Shown here: positions 38,305-48,900 of the stretch, piece after piece
Position numbering within the stretch: the first letter of the stretch is position 1
Layout: each line of letters starts with the position of its first letter
Assembly (NCBI GenBank): GCA_050014195.1
Contig: JBEKDT010000001.1
Span: forward strand, 96,001 to 160,000
Source of the DNA: Desulfomonilia bacterium
GTDB lineage: Bacteria; Desulfobacterota; Desulfomonilia; UBA1062
Length of the DNA: 64,000 nt
Direction: 5' to 3'
Position numbers and translations under genes: made by a program
The notes under the pieces: generated by a model
Databases searched by the model: none
What the model was told of the DNA's origin: nothing
Seen by the model: the letters and a program-made list of their open reading frames with translations, nothing else

Positions 38305-40418
38305 TGAAAGCCACAGAAGCCAAATTTTTGGACTTTATTAAAAAATCGCCGCAGTTTGTCATACCTATCTACCAGCGCACCTATTCATGGACTGAGCGGG
38401 AATGCCGGCAACTCTGGGACGATATTGCGCGCACCGGCGAGAACGAAGCGGTGTCGGCCCATTTCGTCGGCTCCATCGTGTATATCGAGAAGGGATTGTA
38501 TCATGTGACGAGCCAGTCGCCCCTTTTGGTCATCGACGGCCAGCAACGCCTAACCACGATAGCGCTGATGATTGCTGCCCTGGCGAAGGCGCTGGAGAAT
38601 CTTCCCGAGGGCAACCGGGAGCCGGTGGACGGCTTTTCACCGCGCAAGCTGCGCAATTACTACCTCATAAACCCTGAAGAAGAAGGCGAGCGGCACTACA
38701 AACTCATCCTCTCCCAGACCGACAGAGACTCGCTCATTGCTGTTGTTGCCGGAAACGAGTGGCCTAAAGAATATTCCCGACGCATCACGGAAAACCATGA
38801 ACTTTTCGAATCATGGATTGCAGGATGTAAAGGCAACCTAACCGCATTGTGCAAAGGTATCGCCAAGCTGATGGTGGTGGACATAGCGCTGAGCCGGGAT
38901 CAGGACAATCCGCAGTTGATCTTTGAAAGCATGAATTCCACTGGACGGGAGCTGACCCAGGCCGATTTAATCCGCAACTTCATTCTGATGGGGCTGGAAC
39001 CGACACTGCAGACCCGCCTCTATGAGAACTACTGGCGGCCTATGGAACTGTATTTTGGGCAGGAGGCCTACGGCACACACTTTGACGGTTTCATGCGCCA
39101 TTATCTGACGGTTAAGACCGGTGATATTCCAAGATTGGACGCAGTGTATGATGCCTTCAAGGCTCACGCCCGGTCTCCTGAAGTGGCGGGGGCAGGAGTG
39201 GAATCATTAGTGGCCGACATTCGAGACTTTGCACGATATTTTTGTGCCATGGCTCTGGGGGCCGAGACCGATTCTGTTCTTAAGCTCGCCTTTCATGATC
39301 TGCGCGAGCTGAAGGTGGATGTTGCCTATCCCTTCCTGTTGGAGTTGTATCACGATTATGTTGGGGATAAGTTATCGAAGCAAGATTTTGCGGCGGCAGT
39401 GCGGCTGATCGAGGCGTATGTCTTCCGCCGAGCCATTTGCAACATCCCTACCAATTCGCTTAACAAGACCTTTGCGACCTTTACAAAGGTTCTGAAAAAA
39501 GATCGCTATCTGGAAAGCATCCAGGCCCACCTACTTCTACTGCCCTCCTATCGGCGCTTTCCGAACGATGAGGAGTTCAAGCGGGAGTTGCAAGTACGTG
39601 ATCTTTACAATTTTAGAAGTCGCAGTTACTGGCTGAGGCGACTGGAAAACCACGGGCGCAAGGAGCGTGTGGAGGTGGACGAATATACGATTGAGCATAT
39701 ACTACCTCAGAACGAGAACCTGTCCAAAGTGTGGAAGGAAGCTCTGGGAGCGGAATGGGAACGTATCCGTGAAACCTGGCTGCATACCCTCGGTAATTTG
39801 ACACTGACTGGTTATAACTCGGAATACAGTGACCGGCCTTTTATCGAGAAGCGCGATATGCCAGGCGGCTTTAAGGAAAGTCCCCTCAGACTGAATCAAG
39901 GACTTGGTCCGCTTGAACAGTGGAATGAGGAAACGATCAAGGCGCGCGCTCAACGCTTGAGCGAGGCTGCGGTGACGGTCTGGCGTGTGCCACAACTGGC
40001 CGCCGATGTGCTGACCACCTATCAGCCCCGCGCGAAATCACCCTCGGATTATTCGATAGAAGACCATCCTCATCTGTTAAGTGGTGTGGGACGAGAACTG
40101 TTCGAAGCGTTTCGCAAGGAAGTGTTGGCGCTCGATCCCGTCGTCAGCGAGGAGTTTCTCAAGCTCTATGTGGCTTACAAGGCCGAGACCAACTTTGTCG
40201 ATGTGGTTCCGAAGGCAAAGCGGCTGCGGTTATCACTGAATATGCCTTTTGCCGACATTACCGATCCCCGCGGCCTGTGTAAGGATATTACCGGCATTTT
40301 TCGCTGGGGCAATGGCGATGTGGAAGTGGGATTCACCTCGTTGGAAGAACTGCCTTATATTATGGGGCTGGTGCGCCAGTCCTTTGAGCGGCAAATGGGG
40401 AATGGGAGTGAGCAATGA
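38304..40418 (+). CDS. GmrSD-type (DUF262-DUF1524 HNH) modification-dependent nuclease with C-terminal DUF5655-like domain
   Basis: IPIYQRTYSW, IDGQQRLTT, IFESMNSTG, IEHILPQ, LGNLTL---N. Confidence 0.9.
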   Translation: MKATEAKFLDFIKKSPQFVIPIYQRTYSWTERECRQLWDDIARTGENEAVSAHFVGSIVYIEKGLYHVTSQSPLLVIDGQQRLTTIALMIAALAKALENLPEGNREPVDGFSPRKLRNYYLINPEEEGERHYKLILSQTDRDSLIAVVAGNEWPKEYSRRITENHELFESWIAGCKGNLTALCKGIAKLMVVDIALSRDQDNPQLIFESMNSTGRELTQADLIRNFILMGLEPTLQTRLYENYWRPMELYFGQEAYGTHFDGFMRHYLTVKTGDIPRLDAVYDAFKAHARSPEVAGAGVESLVADIRDFARYFCAMALGAETDSVLKLAFHDLRELKVDVAYPFLLELYHDYVGDKLSKQDFAAAVRLIEAYVFRRAICNIPTNSLNKTFATFTKVLKKDRYLESIQAHLLLLPSYRRFPNDEEFKRELQVRDLYNFRSRSYWLRRLENHGRKERVEVDEYTIEHILPQNENLSKVWKEALGAEWERIRETWLHTLGNLTLTGYNSEYSDRPFIEKRDMPGGFKESPLRLNQGLGPLEQWNEETIKARAQRLSEAAVTVWRVPQLAADVLTTYQPRAKSPSDYSIEDHPHLLSGVGRELFEAFRKEVLALDPVVSEEFLKLYVAYKAETNFVDVVPKAKRLRLSLNMPFADITDPRGLCKDITGIFRWGNGDVEVGFTSLEELPYIMGLVRQSFERQMGNGSEQ

Positions 40419-43400
40419 CCCCTACCGGATACACCGAAGACGCCCTGATCGAACAACCGGCCATCGCACTGCTGGCAGAGCTAGGTTGGGATACGGTAAA
40501 TGCATTCGGAGAGTTTGACCACGGCGCAAGTACGCTGGGCCGCGAGACCCGGGCAGAGGTCATCCTCACCGTTCGCCTGCACTCAGCATTGACACGACTC
40601 AACCAAGACGCTCCGCCCGAAACTATCGGCCAGGCCATTGAGGAATTGACCCGCGACCGTTCGCGCATGAGTTCTGTGGCCGCCAACCGCGAGATCTATC
40701 ACCTGCTCAAGAACGGTGTGCGAGTGCCTGTACCCGATCCCTATGGCGACGGCGAAACAGTGGAAGTGGTGCGTGTGGTGGATTGGGACAACCCGGCCAA
40801 TAACGACTTTCTGCTCTGTTCGCAGTTCTGGGTCACTGGCGAGATGCACACCCGCCGGGCCGACCTGGTGGGTTTTGTCAACGGTTTGCCGATGCTGTTC
40901 ATCGAACTCAAGGCCGCCCACCGCCGCCTGGAGACCTCCTTCACCGGAAACCTGCGTGACTACAAGGACACCATCCCGCAGCTATTTTGGCCCAATGCTC
41001 TGATCGTTCTTTCCAATGGCAGCCAGAGCCGCGTGGGCAGCGTGACCGCCGGGTGGGAGCACTTCGCCGAGTGGAAGAAGGTGGGCAGCGAGGACGAGGC
41101 GGGCCGGGTGTCGCTGGAGACCATGCTGCGCGGTGTCTGCGAACCGGCGCGGATGCTGGACCTGGTGGAGAACTTTTGCCTATTTCAGGAAGTCCCTGGC
41201 GGGCTGATCAAGCTGACGGCCAAAAACCACCAGTACCTGGGCGTCAATAACGCACTGGAGGCCCTGGCTGACATCCGGCAAAGGGATGGCAAGCTGGGGG
41301 TGTTCTGGCACACGCAGGGCAGCGGCAAGAGCGTTGCGATGATGTTCTTCGCCCAGAAGGTGTTGCGCAAGATGCCGGGAAACTGGACCTTTGTTATCGT
41401 CACCGACCGGCAGGAGCTGGATGGGCAGATTTACAAGCACTTTGCCTCTGCAGGGGTGGTGACCGAAGGCCGCGCACAGGCGGAAAGCAGCAAGCATCTG
41501 CGGCAGTTGCTCACTGAGGATCACCGCTACATCTTCACTCTGATCCACAAGTTCCGGGAACAGGAAGAGGTGTCCCCCCGCGACGACATCATTGTCATCA
41601 CCGATGAGGCGCACCGCAGTCAATACGACACTCTGGCGCTGAACATGCGAACGGCCCTGCCCAACGCCGCATTCCTGGCCTTTACCGGCACGCCACTAAT
41701 TGTCGGTGAGGAAAAGACCCGCCAGGTCTTTGGCGATTACATCAGCGTGTATGACTTCCAGCAATCGGTGGCCGATGGTGCGACAGTGCCCCTCTACTAC
41801 GAGAATCGCATCCCCGAACTTCAACTGGTCAATGAGAACCTCAACGAAGACATGGAGCGATTGCTCGAAGAGGCGGAACTGGACGAGGCGCAGGAGAAGA
41901 AATTGGAGCGGGAGTTTGCCCGAGAGTACCATCTGATCACCCGCGACGACCGTTTGGAAGCAGTGGCAAAAGACCTGGTGACCCATTTCACCGGGCGGGG
42001 CTTTCAGGGTAAGGCCATGATGATCTGCATCGACAAGGCCACGGCCATCCGCATGTACGACAAGGTAAAGAAGCATTGGGGCAAGAAGATTGCGGCGTTG
42101 GAGGCGGAATGGACAGGGGCGAACAGCGATGCGCGGCAGGAGATCGAAGAGCGCATCTCAAGGATGAAAGAAACCGACATGGCCGTGGTCGTCTCTCAGG
42201 GACAGAACGAGATCGCCGAGATGACCGACAAGGGGCTGGATATAAAACCACACCGCCAGCGCATGGTAGAAGAGGATCTGGAGACTAAGTTCAAGAACCC
42301 GGACGACCCCTTCCGTCTGGTCTTTGTCTGCGCCATGTGGATGACTGGCTTTGACGTTCCGAGCTGTTCGACCCTCTACCTCGACAAGCCCATGCGCAAC
42401 CACACGCTGATGCAGACCATAGCCCGAGCCAACCGGGTGTATCCCGGTAAGGTGAGCGGCCTGATCGTGGACTATGCCGGAGTGTTTCGCAACCTGGAGC
42501 GGGCACTTGCCATCTACGGCGCGGGCAGCGGCGGAGACAAACCGGTGGAGGACAAGGCCGCGCTGGTGGCGGCACTGCAGCAGGCGTTGGGAGAAACCCG
42601 GGGCTTATGTCAGGAACAAGGGGTTAACCTTGCGGCTATTCAGATCACCGAGGGATTTGCCCGTGTCGGCCTGCTCGATGACGCTGTGGAGGCACTGGTG
42701 GCTTCTGAGGAGATCAAACGTCGCTATCTCGATCAGGCCAACACTGTGCAGCGTCTTTATAAGGCTGTGCTGCCAGACCCGTCCGCACGGGAGTTTGCCA
42801 ATGAGGTGACACCCGTGCAGGTCATCGCAGATAAAATTCGTGCGCTGATACCACCGGCGGACATCTCCCAGGTCATGCAGCAAGTGGAGGGACTGCTCGA
42901 CCGCTCTATCGCTACGGAGGGGTACATCATCCGCGATCCGAGCGCGCCTCATAGCGACGAGCATTGGATCGACCTGAGCGGGATTAATTTCGAGGCCTTG
43001 GCCGAGAAGTTCAAGACGAGCCGCAAGCGCACCATGAACGAGAAACTCAAAGGAGCTGTGGCACAGAAGCTAATGGCGATGGTGCGGCTCAACCGCACGC
43101 GCATGGATTATCTTGAGCGATTTAAGGCGATGATTGACGCCTACAATGCAGGCAGTCTCAACGCCGAAGAGTTCTTCCAGCAACTGGTGGTCTTCGCCAA
43201 GAGTCTGAATGAAGAAGAGCAGAGGGCCGTGGGCGAACAACTGAATGAAGAAGAATTGGCGCTTTTCGACCTCTTGACCAAGCCGCAGATTGATATGAGC
43301 GACATGGACCGGGACAAGGTGAAGTCCACGGCCCGAGAGTTGTTGGCCACGCTTAAGGCGGGCAAACTGGTGCTCGATTGGCGTAAGCGCCAGCAGGCCC

Positions 43401-43555
43401 GCGCCGAGGTAAGGGTGACCATCGAGAAACTGCTGGACCAGAGATTGCCGAGAGCCTACACGCCAGAGTTGTTTAAACAAAAGACCACCGCCGTGTTTCA
43501 GCACGTCTATGACGCTTACTATGGTGCTGAGCGAAGTGTGTATGCAACGGCATGA
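40415..43555 (+). CDS. hsdR: Type I RM restriction subunit
   Basis: DLVGFVNG-P--FIELK, WHTQGSGKS, DEAHRSQY, AFTGTP, TGFDVP, QTIARANR. Confidence 0.96.
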   Translation: MTPTGYTEDALIEQPAIALLAELGWDTVNAFGEFDHGASTLGRETRAEVILTVRLHSALTRLNQDAPPETIGQAIEELTRDRSRMSSVAANREIYHLLKNGVRVPVPDPYGDGETVEVVRVVDWDNPANNDFLLCSQFWVTGEMHTRRADLVGFVNGLPMLFIELKAAHRRLETSFTGNLRDYKDTIPQLFWPNALIVLSNGSQSRVGSVTAGWEHFAEWKKVGSEDEAGRVSLETMLRGVCEPARMLDLVENFCLFQEVPGGLIKLTAKNHQYLGVNNALEALADIRQRDGKLGVFWHTQGSGKSVAMMFFAQKVLRKMPGNWTFVIVTDRQELDGQIYKHFASAGVVTEGRAQAESSKHLRQLLTEDHRYIFTLIHKFREQEEVSPRDDIIVITDEAHRSQYDTLALNMRTALPNAAFLAFTGTPLIVGEEKTRQVFGDYISVYDFQQSVADGATVPLYYENRIPELQLVNENLNEDMERLLEEAELDEAQEKKLEREFAREYHLITRDDRLEAVAKDLVTHFTGRGFQGKAMMICIDKATAIRMYDKVKKHWGKKIAALEAEWTGANSDARQEIEERISRMKETDMAVVVSQGQNEIAEMTDKGLDIKPHRQRMVEEDLETKFKNPDDPFRLVFVCAMWMTGFDVPSCSTLYLDKPMRNHTLMQTIARANRVYPGKVSGLIVDYAGVFRNLERALAIYGAGSGGDKPVEDKAALVAALQQALGETRGLCQEQGVNLAAIQITEGFARVGLLDDAVEALVASEEIKRRYLDQANTVQRLYKAVLPDPSAREFANEVTPVQVIADKIRALIPPADISQVMQQVEGLLDRSIATEGYIIRDPSAPHSDEHWIDLSGINFEALAEKFKTSRKRTMNEKLKGAVAQKLMAMVRLNRTRMDYLERFKAMIDAYNAGSLNAEEFFQQLVVFAKSLNEEEQRAVGEQLNEEELALFDLLTKPQIDMSDMDRDKVKSTARELLATLKAGKLVLDWRKRQQARAEVRVTIEKLLDQRLPRAYTPELFKQKTTAVFQHVYDAYYGAERSVYATA

Positions 43556-43695
43556 AGCCACCTAATAGGTCTGCTTTTGTTGAAATAAGGTATGCTAACG
43601 CAAAGAATTATATGAGGATGAAAATCGACGATAATTAAGGATAAGTAAAATAGCATCAATATATATAGGCTACTCTAGATTATTCGAACTGTGAT

Positions 43696-43984
43696 TAACG
43701 GTTTTGCAGACAGCAATTTGTAAGTTACCCCGTAGCTGCCCAGTAAAGTCGGAAAAGCAGGGAACACCTAGAAGAAATTGTTTTCAAATCCTACTTCATT
43801 TCCGCACCACCTCCCTCTTACAATCAATTTGAGTTTATTTCTAACATTCTCTAGTAATTCTCTAGTAAGTTGATAGATGAGTGAATTCTGAAAAACATCT
43901 GATCTCTTGGAAACTAGGGCTGGAGCAGGTTTCAAAACTGGAGGCGGCAACCGGATTTGAACCGGTGAGTAACGGTTTTGCAGA
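43696..43984 (-). repeat. tRNA-Cys(GCA) 3' fragment (43939-43984) with 15-bp direct repeat of its core (43696-43710): att-site scar
   Basis: Minus strand reads TCTGCAAAACCGTTACTCACCGGTTCAAATCCGGTTGCCGCCTCCA with no 5' half. TAACGGTTTTGCAGA occurs twice. Confidence 0.75.
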
Positions 43985-44182
43985 TTATAATTGCTGTTAA
44001 AAACATGTGCTTCCACAAAGAGTAACCTGTGACATGACTGTGCTAAAATTGTGCTAGAATCCAAGGAAAAACATGAGAGTAGATAGACTGTAGAGGAATA
44101 GATGGAAATCTTAAAATGAATTGAAATTAATCACTTACGGGAAATCAGACCTAATATCGATGGGTTTGATTTTTTAATTTTA

Positions 44183-44225
44183 CGGACTCAAAATCCGAAG
44201 TCCCTTACGGGTAGGGATTCGAAGC
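44183..44225 (+). other. Degenerate tRNA-Leu(CAA)-like fragment
   Basis: CGGACTCAAAATCCG anticodon arm, CCC-TTAC-GGG variable arm, GATTCGA T-loop remnant. Confidence 0.5.
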
Positions 44226-44403
44226 AAGATCTTCAACGTAGGTCATCTATAATCGCCGGGAGTTGCAAAGCATCTGCGGAGCTGCATAAACACTTTGCGG
44301 TCGGGGGTTAGATTCCTCCCCGCGTTCATTTGTTATATAATATGATATAGTGGTGCCTATGTGGTGCCCTATTGCTATAAAGCTAGGCCGGGCATGGTTG
44401 TCA

Positions 44404-44431
44404 GGAGGTTCAAATCCTCCCCCCGCTACCA
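44404..44431 (+). other. tRNA-fMet-like 3' end (probable attR of island)
   Basis: GGAGG-TTCAAAT-CCTCC T arm + CCCCGCT-A-CCA acceptor strand; 5' half absent. Confidence 0.7.
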
Positions 44432-44626
44432 AAATCAATTTTACACAACTTTGCTTGTGCCGTTTTGAGTCGGCTTGTTGGGTAACACTCCTTAAGATAT
44501 AATTCTCCAAGATAAGACTACCACGATTGAGCAGTGCCTGGCTTTCATCATGATCTCCCCGGATAATCCCAGCAAATCAACCTTAGGTCCGATGAAATCG
44601 AGTCAGTATGAAAGGAGGAGGTTCAT

Positions 44627-45430
44627 ATGACGGGAAAGAAAGAGGCTACGGGGCTGAAGCAAACCAGGGGCAAGAAACGCGGCTACGGCTGGGTGCCTGA
44701 TGTACCGGATCAGCGCGACTATCTGCTCAGCGCTGTGCTCCGTGTGCCTGCCAGGCTGCCTGCATCAAAGGACTTGCGGCCGCTGTGTCCCAAGGTCGAA
44801 GACCAGGGTAATCTGGGCAGCTGCACGGCGAACGCCCTTGCCGGGGCCCTGGAATTCCTCGAAATGAAGGATAATATCGCCTTCGAGGATTTCAGCAGGC
44901 TGTTCATCTACTACAATGAGCGTGCAATCGAACACACTGTCGCATCCGACTCCGGCGCCATGATCCGCGACGGCATCAAGACACTCGCGAAACAGGGGGT
45001 CTGTTCGGAAAAGAAATGGCCCTATACGATATCGAGATTCACCGTGAAACCGGGTGCTGCATGTTACAAAGAGGCCTTGCAGCACCAGATTACCTCTTAT
45101 CATCGCATCATCACGGTGGACGAAATGCGTACGTGCCTTGCCGAAGGCTACCCGTTCGTCTTTGGATTTTCGGTATATGAAAGCTTTGAATCACAGGCTG
45201 TTGCTAAAACCGGGACAGTGAATATGCCAAGACCGGGTGAGCGGAATCTGGGCGGGCATGCGGTACTTGCCGTGGGCTACGACGATTCGAAGAAGCGGTT
45301 CATCGTGCGTAATTCATGGGGGAACAGGTGGGGGATGAAAGGCTATTTTACCCTTCCTTACCAGTACCTTTCAGACCGAAACCTGTCGGATGATTTCTGG
45401 ACGATCCGCAGGGGCAAGCTGATGCTCTAA
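44627..45430 (+). CDS. Papain-family (C1) cysteine peptidase
   Basis: DQGNLGSCTANA, GGHAVLAVGY, RNSWG--WG--GY. Confidence 0.93.
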   Translation: MTGKKEATGLKQTRGKKRGYGWVPDVPDQRDYLLSAVLRVPARLPASKDLRPLCPKVEDQGNLGSCTANALAGALEFLEMKDNIAFEDFSRLFIYYNERAIEHTVASDSGAMIRDGIKTLAKQGVCSEKKWPYTISRFTVKPGAACYKEALQHQITSYHRIITVDEMRTCLAEGYPFVFGFSVYESFESQAVAKTGTVNMPRPGERNLGGHAVLAVGYDDSKKRFIVRNSWGNRWGMKGYFTLPYQYLSDRNLSDDFWTIRRGKLML

Positions 45431-45471
45431 AGACTAAGGGCGTAAGAGGGCGAGGAGAAAGCCTTTAAGAG

Positions 45472-45642
45472 GTGTCCTTGTGCTCTTCGTGGTGTGGTAT
45501 CCCTGCCCATTGTTCTCACCACGAAGGACACGAAGAGCACGAAAAAGATCTAAGAAAAGCAGAACGGCATTCTTGGATTTCTTTCCCCAGTTCGAGATTT
45601 CAAGAGGATTCTTTTCTTCGTGCTCTTCGTGGTGTGGTATCC
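45472..45642. repeat. CACGAAG-unit interspersed repeat (REP/MITE-like)
   Basis: 23-bp direct repeat at 45480-45502 and 45620-45642, with inverted CACCACGAAGGACACGAAGAGCACGAA between them. The same units recur at 53120-53144. Confidence 0.7.
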
Positions 45643-45909
45643 ATCTGCGTACTCCTCAATGATCCGAGTATGCTTAACAATGATGGTCCCTTTTAAGATA
45701 CGGCTACGACCGAGAAATCGGAAAGGATGGTCTCCTGTGCATAATTTCAATAATACTATAAATGATCATGCCCTAAGTCAAACCAATCAATCATGTAGGC
45801 ATTGCATCGGATTTCTAAAGCTCTTAGCCCCCTACTATCCGAGACCCTGCACAGGAGACATGGCCCTTATACTCGCTGAATTATCAAAAATCAACTTGGA
45901 ATTGTTATC

Positions 45910-48900
45910 TCAGCCGATATCGCGGTGATACTCCTGCAGTGACTTGATGGTGCCCTTGCCCTTCCGGGAAGCGGCAATCCCTTTGGCCGCCGCAACGGCT
46001 GCGGACAGCGTAGTGATATAGGGCACCTTGTAGCTGATGGCGGCCTTGCGGATGTAGGAGTCATCGTGCTTGGAAAGCTTGCCGCTCGGTGTGTTGATGA
46101 TGAGTGCGTATTCCTTGTTCTTGACGCCGTCGATGATGTTCGGCCTGCCTTCATGGAGCTTGAGTACCATCTCGGATGCGATTCCGTTCTCGGCCAGGAA
46201 TGCATGGGTGTGGCGGGTCGTCTTGATCTTGAAGCCCAGCTCGTTGAAGAGCCTTGCCACCTCGAGCACTGCAGGCCGCTCGCGCCGGGACACGGTCAAC
46301 AGCACGCATCCATCCATTGGAAGGTACTGGGAAGCGGCCTCGGAGGCCTTGTAGAACGCCAGGCCGAAGGTTTCTGCCATGCCGAGCACCTCGCCTGTCG
46401 AGCGCATCTCGGGGCCCAGCAGCGGGTCTACTTCGGGGAATACATTGAAGGGGAATACCGCCTCCTTCACCCCGAAGTACGGGATGTTCTTGGGCTTGAG
46501 ATCGAAATCGGCAAGCCTCTTGCCCAGAATGATCCGGGTTGCGATATCGGCCATGGGGATGTTGCATACCTTGGAGACCAACGGCACGGTCCTGGATGCC
46601 CTCGGGTTTGCCTCCAGGACATAGACCGTGTCCTTGTGGATGGCACATTTCATGTTCATAAGGCCCTTAACGCCAAGCTCCACGGCAATGCGCTTGGTGA
46701 ATTCAATAATGGTGTCCAGATGCCGGGGAGATATGCTGATGGGCGGGATTACACACGCCGAGTCGCCGGAGTGGACGCCGGAGCGCTCAATGTGTTCCAG
46801 GACGGCGGGCACAAAGGCATCATAGCCGTCCGAGAGGGCATCCGCCTCGGCCCCAATGGCATTGTCCAGGAACTTGTCGATGAGGATGGGCAGCCCCGGA
46901 GTCGGGTCAACAACTGCGCGCATGTATTCCCTGAGCATGTCCTCATCGTACATCACCTCCATGCCGCTCCCGTCGAGCACATGGGAAGGCCGCACCATGA
47001 GCGGGTAGCCGATGCGGTCGGCAACGGCTTTTGCTTCATCCAGGGTGCTTGCCGTACCGGACTCGGGCATGGGGATGCCGAGCTTGGCCATCATCTTACC
47101 GAACCGCCCCCGATCCTCGGCCAGGTCGATGGCCTGGGGCGTAGTCCCCAGGATCTTCACACCCGCCTTCATAAGCTCATGTGCAATATTCAGCGGGGTC
47201 CGGCCGCCGAACTGGCATATGACACCTTGGGGCTTCTCCTTGTGATAGATGCCCAATACCTCTTCGCCGGTCAGCGGTTCGAAGTAGAGCTTGTCGGATG
47301 TGTCGTAGTCGGTGGAGACCGCCAGAGGGTTGCAGTTCACCATGATGGACTCATACCCCATGTCCTTGATGGCGAATGCCGCGTGCACGCAGCAGTAGTC
47401 GAACGAGCCGCCCTGTCCGATACGGTTGGGCCCGCCGCCTAAGACCATGATCTTGGGCCTGTCGCTCACTGCAACAACATCCGGGGCATTGTAGGTGGAG
47501 TAGTAATACTCGGCGTTCTCCACGCCGCTCACACTCACCTTCTGGTAGCCGTGTACCAAACCCAGCTTGATACGGCGGTCCCGAATTGCATCTTCGGTGA
47601 GACCCAGGAGCCCGGCAAGGTAGCGGTCGGCGAAACCGTCCTTCTTGGCCTGGATGAACACCTCATCCGGCAATGTCTTCCCGCTGTAGGCGAGTATCTT
47701 CTCCTCAAGGTCCACGAGCTCTTTCATCTGCCCGATGAACCAGGCCTTCAAATGGGTCTTCTGTTCGAGGTCTTCGATTGTTGCACCCTTGCGCAGGGCC
47801 TCGTACATGATGAACTGCCGTTCGCTGGATGGCTCGGAGAGCATTTCCAAAAGGGTCTCGAGGTCCTTCTCATGAAAGTCTTTGGCATGGCCCAGGCCGT
47901 AACGCCCGATCTCCAGTGAGCGAACAGACTTCTGGAGGGCCTCTTTATAGGTCTTGCCGATGCTCATGACCTCGCCCACCGCCCTCATCCGGGTGCCGAG
48001 CCTGTCCTGGGACCCCTTGAACTTTTCAAAGGCCCATCTGGAGAACTTCACCACCACATCCTCGCCAAAGGGCTCGTATTTGTCCAGGGTCCCGCACTGC
48101 CGGCAGGGTATTTCATCCATGGTGAGCCCCGCAGCGAGCTTGGTTGATACAAAGGCAATGGGCAAGCCCACGGCCTTGGATGCCAGGGCGGAAGACCGGG
48201 ATGTCCGGGGGTTGATCTCGATGACCACGAGCCTGCCATTTAAAGGGTTGTGGGCGAACTGGATATTGGTGTTTCCGGTCACCTCAGCGGCCTCCACGAT
48301 GTCGTAGGCGTACTTCCGGAGCCTTCTTTGGAGATCCGTGTCGATGGTGAGCATGGGCATGGTGCAGAGGCTGTCGCCGGTGTGCACGCCCATGGGATCC
48401 ACGTTTTCGATGAAGCAGACGGTGATTATGTTGTTCTTGGCGTCACGCAGCACCTCGATCTCCAGTTCTTCCCAGCCCAGAACGGACTCCTCCACGAGCA
48501 CCTGGCCGATGAGGCTTTCAGAAATACCCCTTCTTGCAACGATCCTCAGCTCCTCCACATTATAGACAAGCCCTCCGCCGGCACCGCCCACGGTATAGGC
48601 CGGTTTGATGACCACCGGATAACCCAGCCCGGAGGCGATCTTCTCGGCCTCTTCCACACTATAGGCAAGCTCGCTCATGGGCATTTCTATCCTCAGGCGG
48701 GTCATGGTTTCTTTGAATGCACGCCTGTCTTCGCTGCGCTCGATGGCTGCAATGTTCACCCCGATAACCTTTACGCCATACTTGTCGAGGACACCTTTGC
48801 GGTGCAGTTCGGAGGTGAGATTCAATCCCGACTGTCCCCCCAGGTTCGGCAGGATCGCATCGGGACGCTCCTTGGCGATGATGGATTCCAGTACCGCAGC

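Larger units (their letters stand above)
1..44431. mobile_element. Integrative conjugative element / genomic island (right part; left end outside window)
   Basis: Relaxase, coupling protein, trb T4SS, umuDC and defence cargo. The right boundary is marked by a tRNA-fMet-like 3' fragment at 44404-44431, after which housekeeping genes begin. Confidence 0.8.

Noticed and set aside
43939-44431. Intact tRNA genes
   Set aside because: Only 3' halves or arms are present; no D-arm or 5' acceptor strand could be found.
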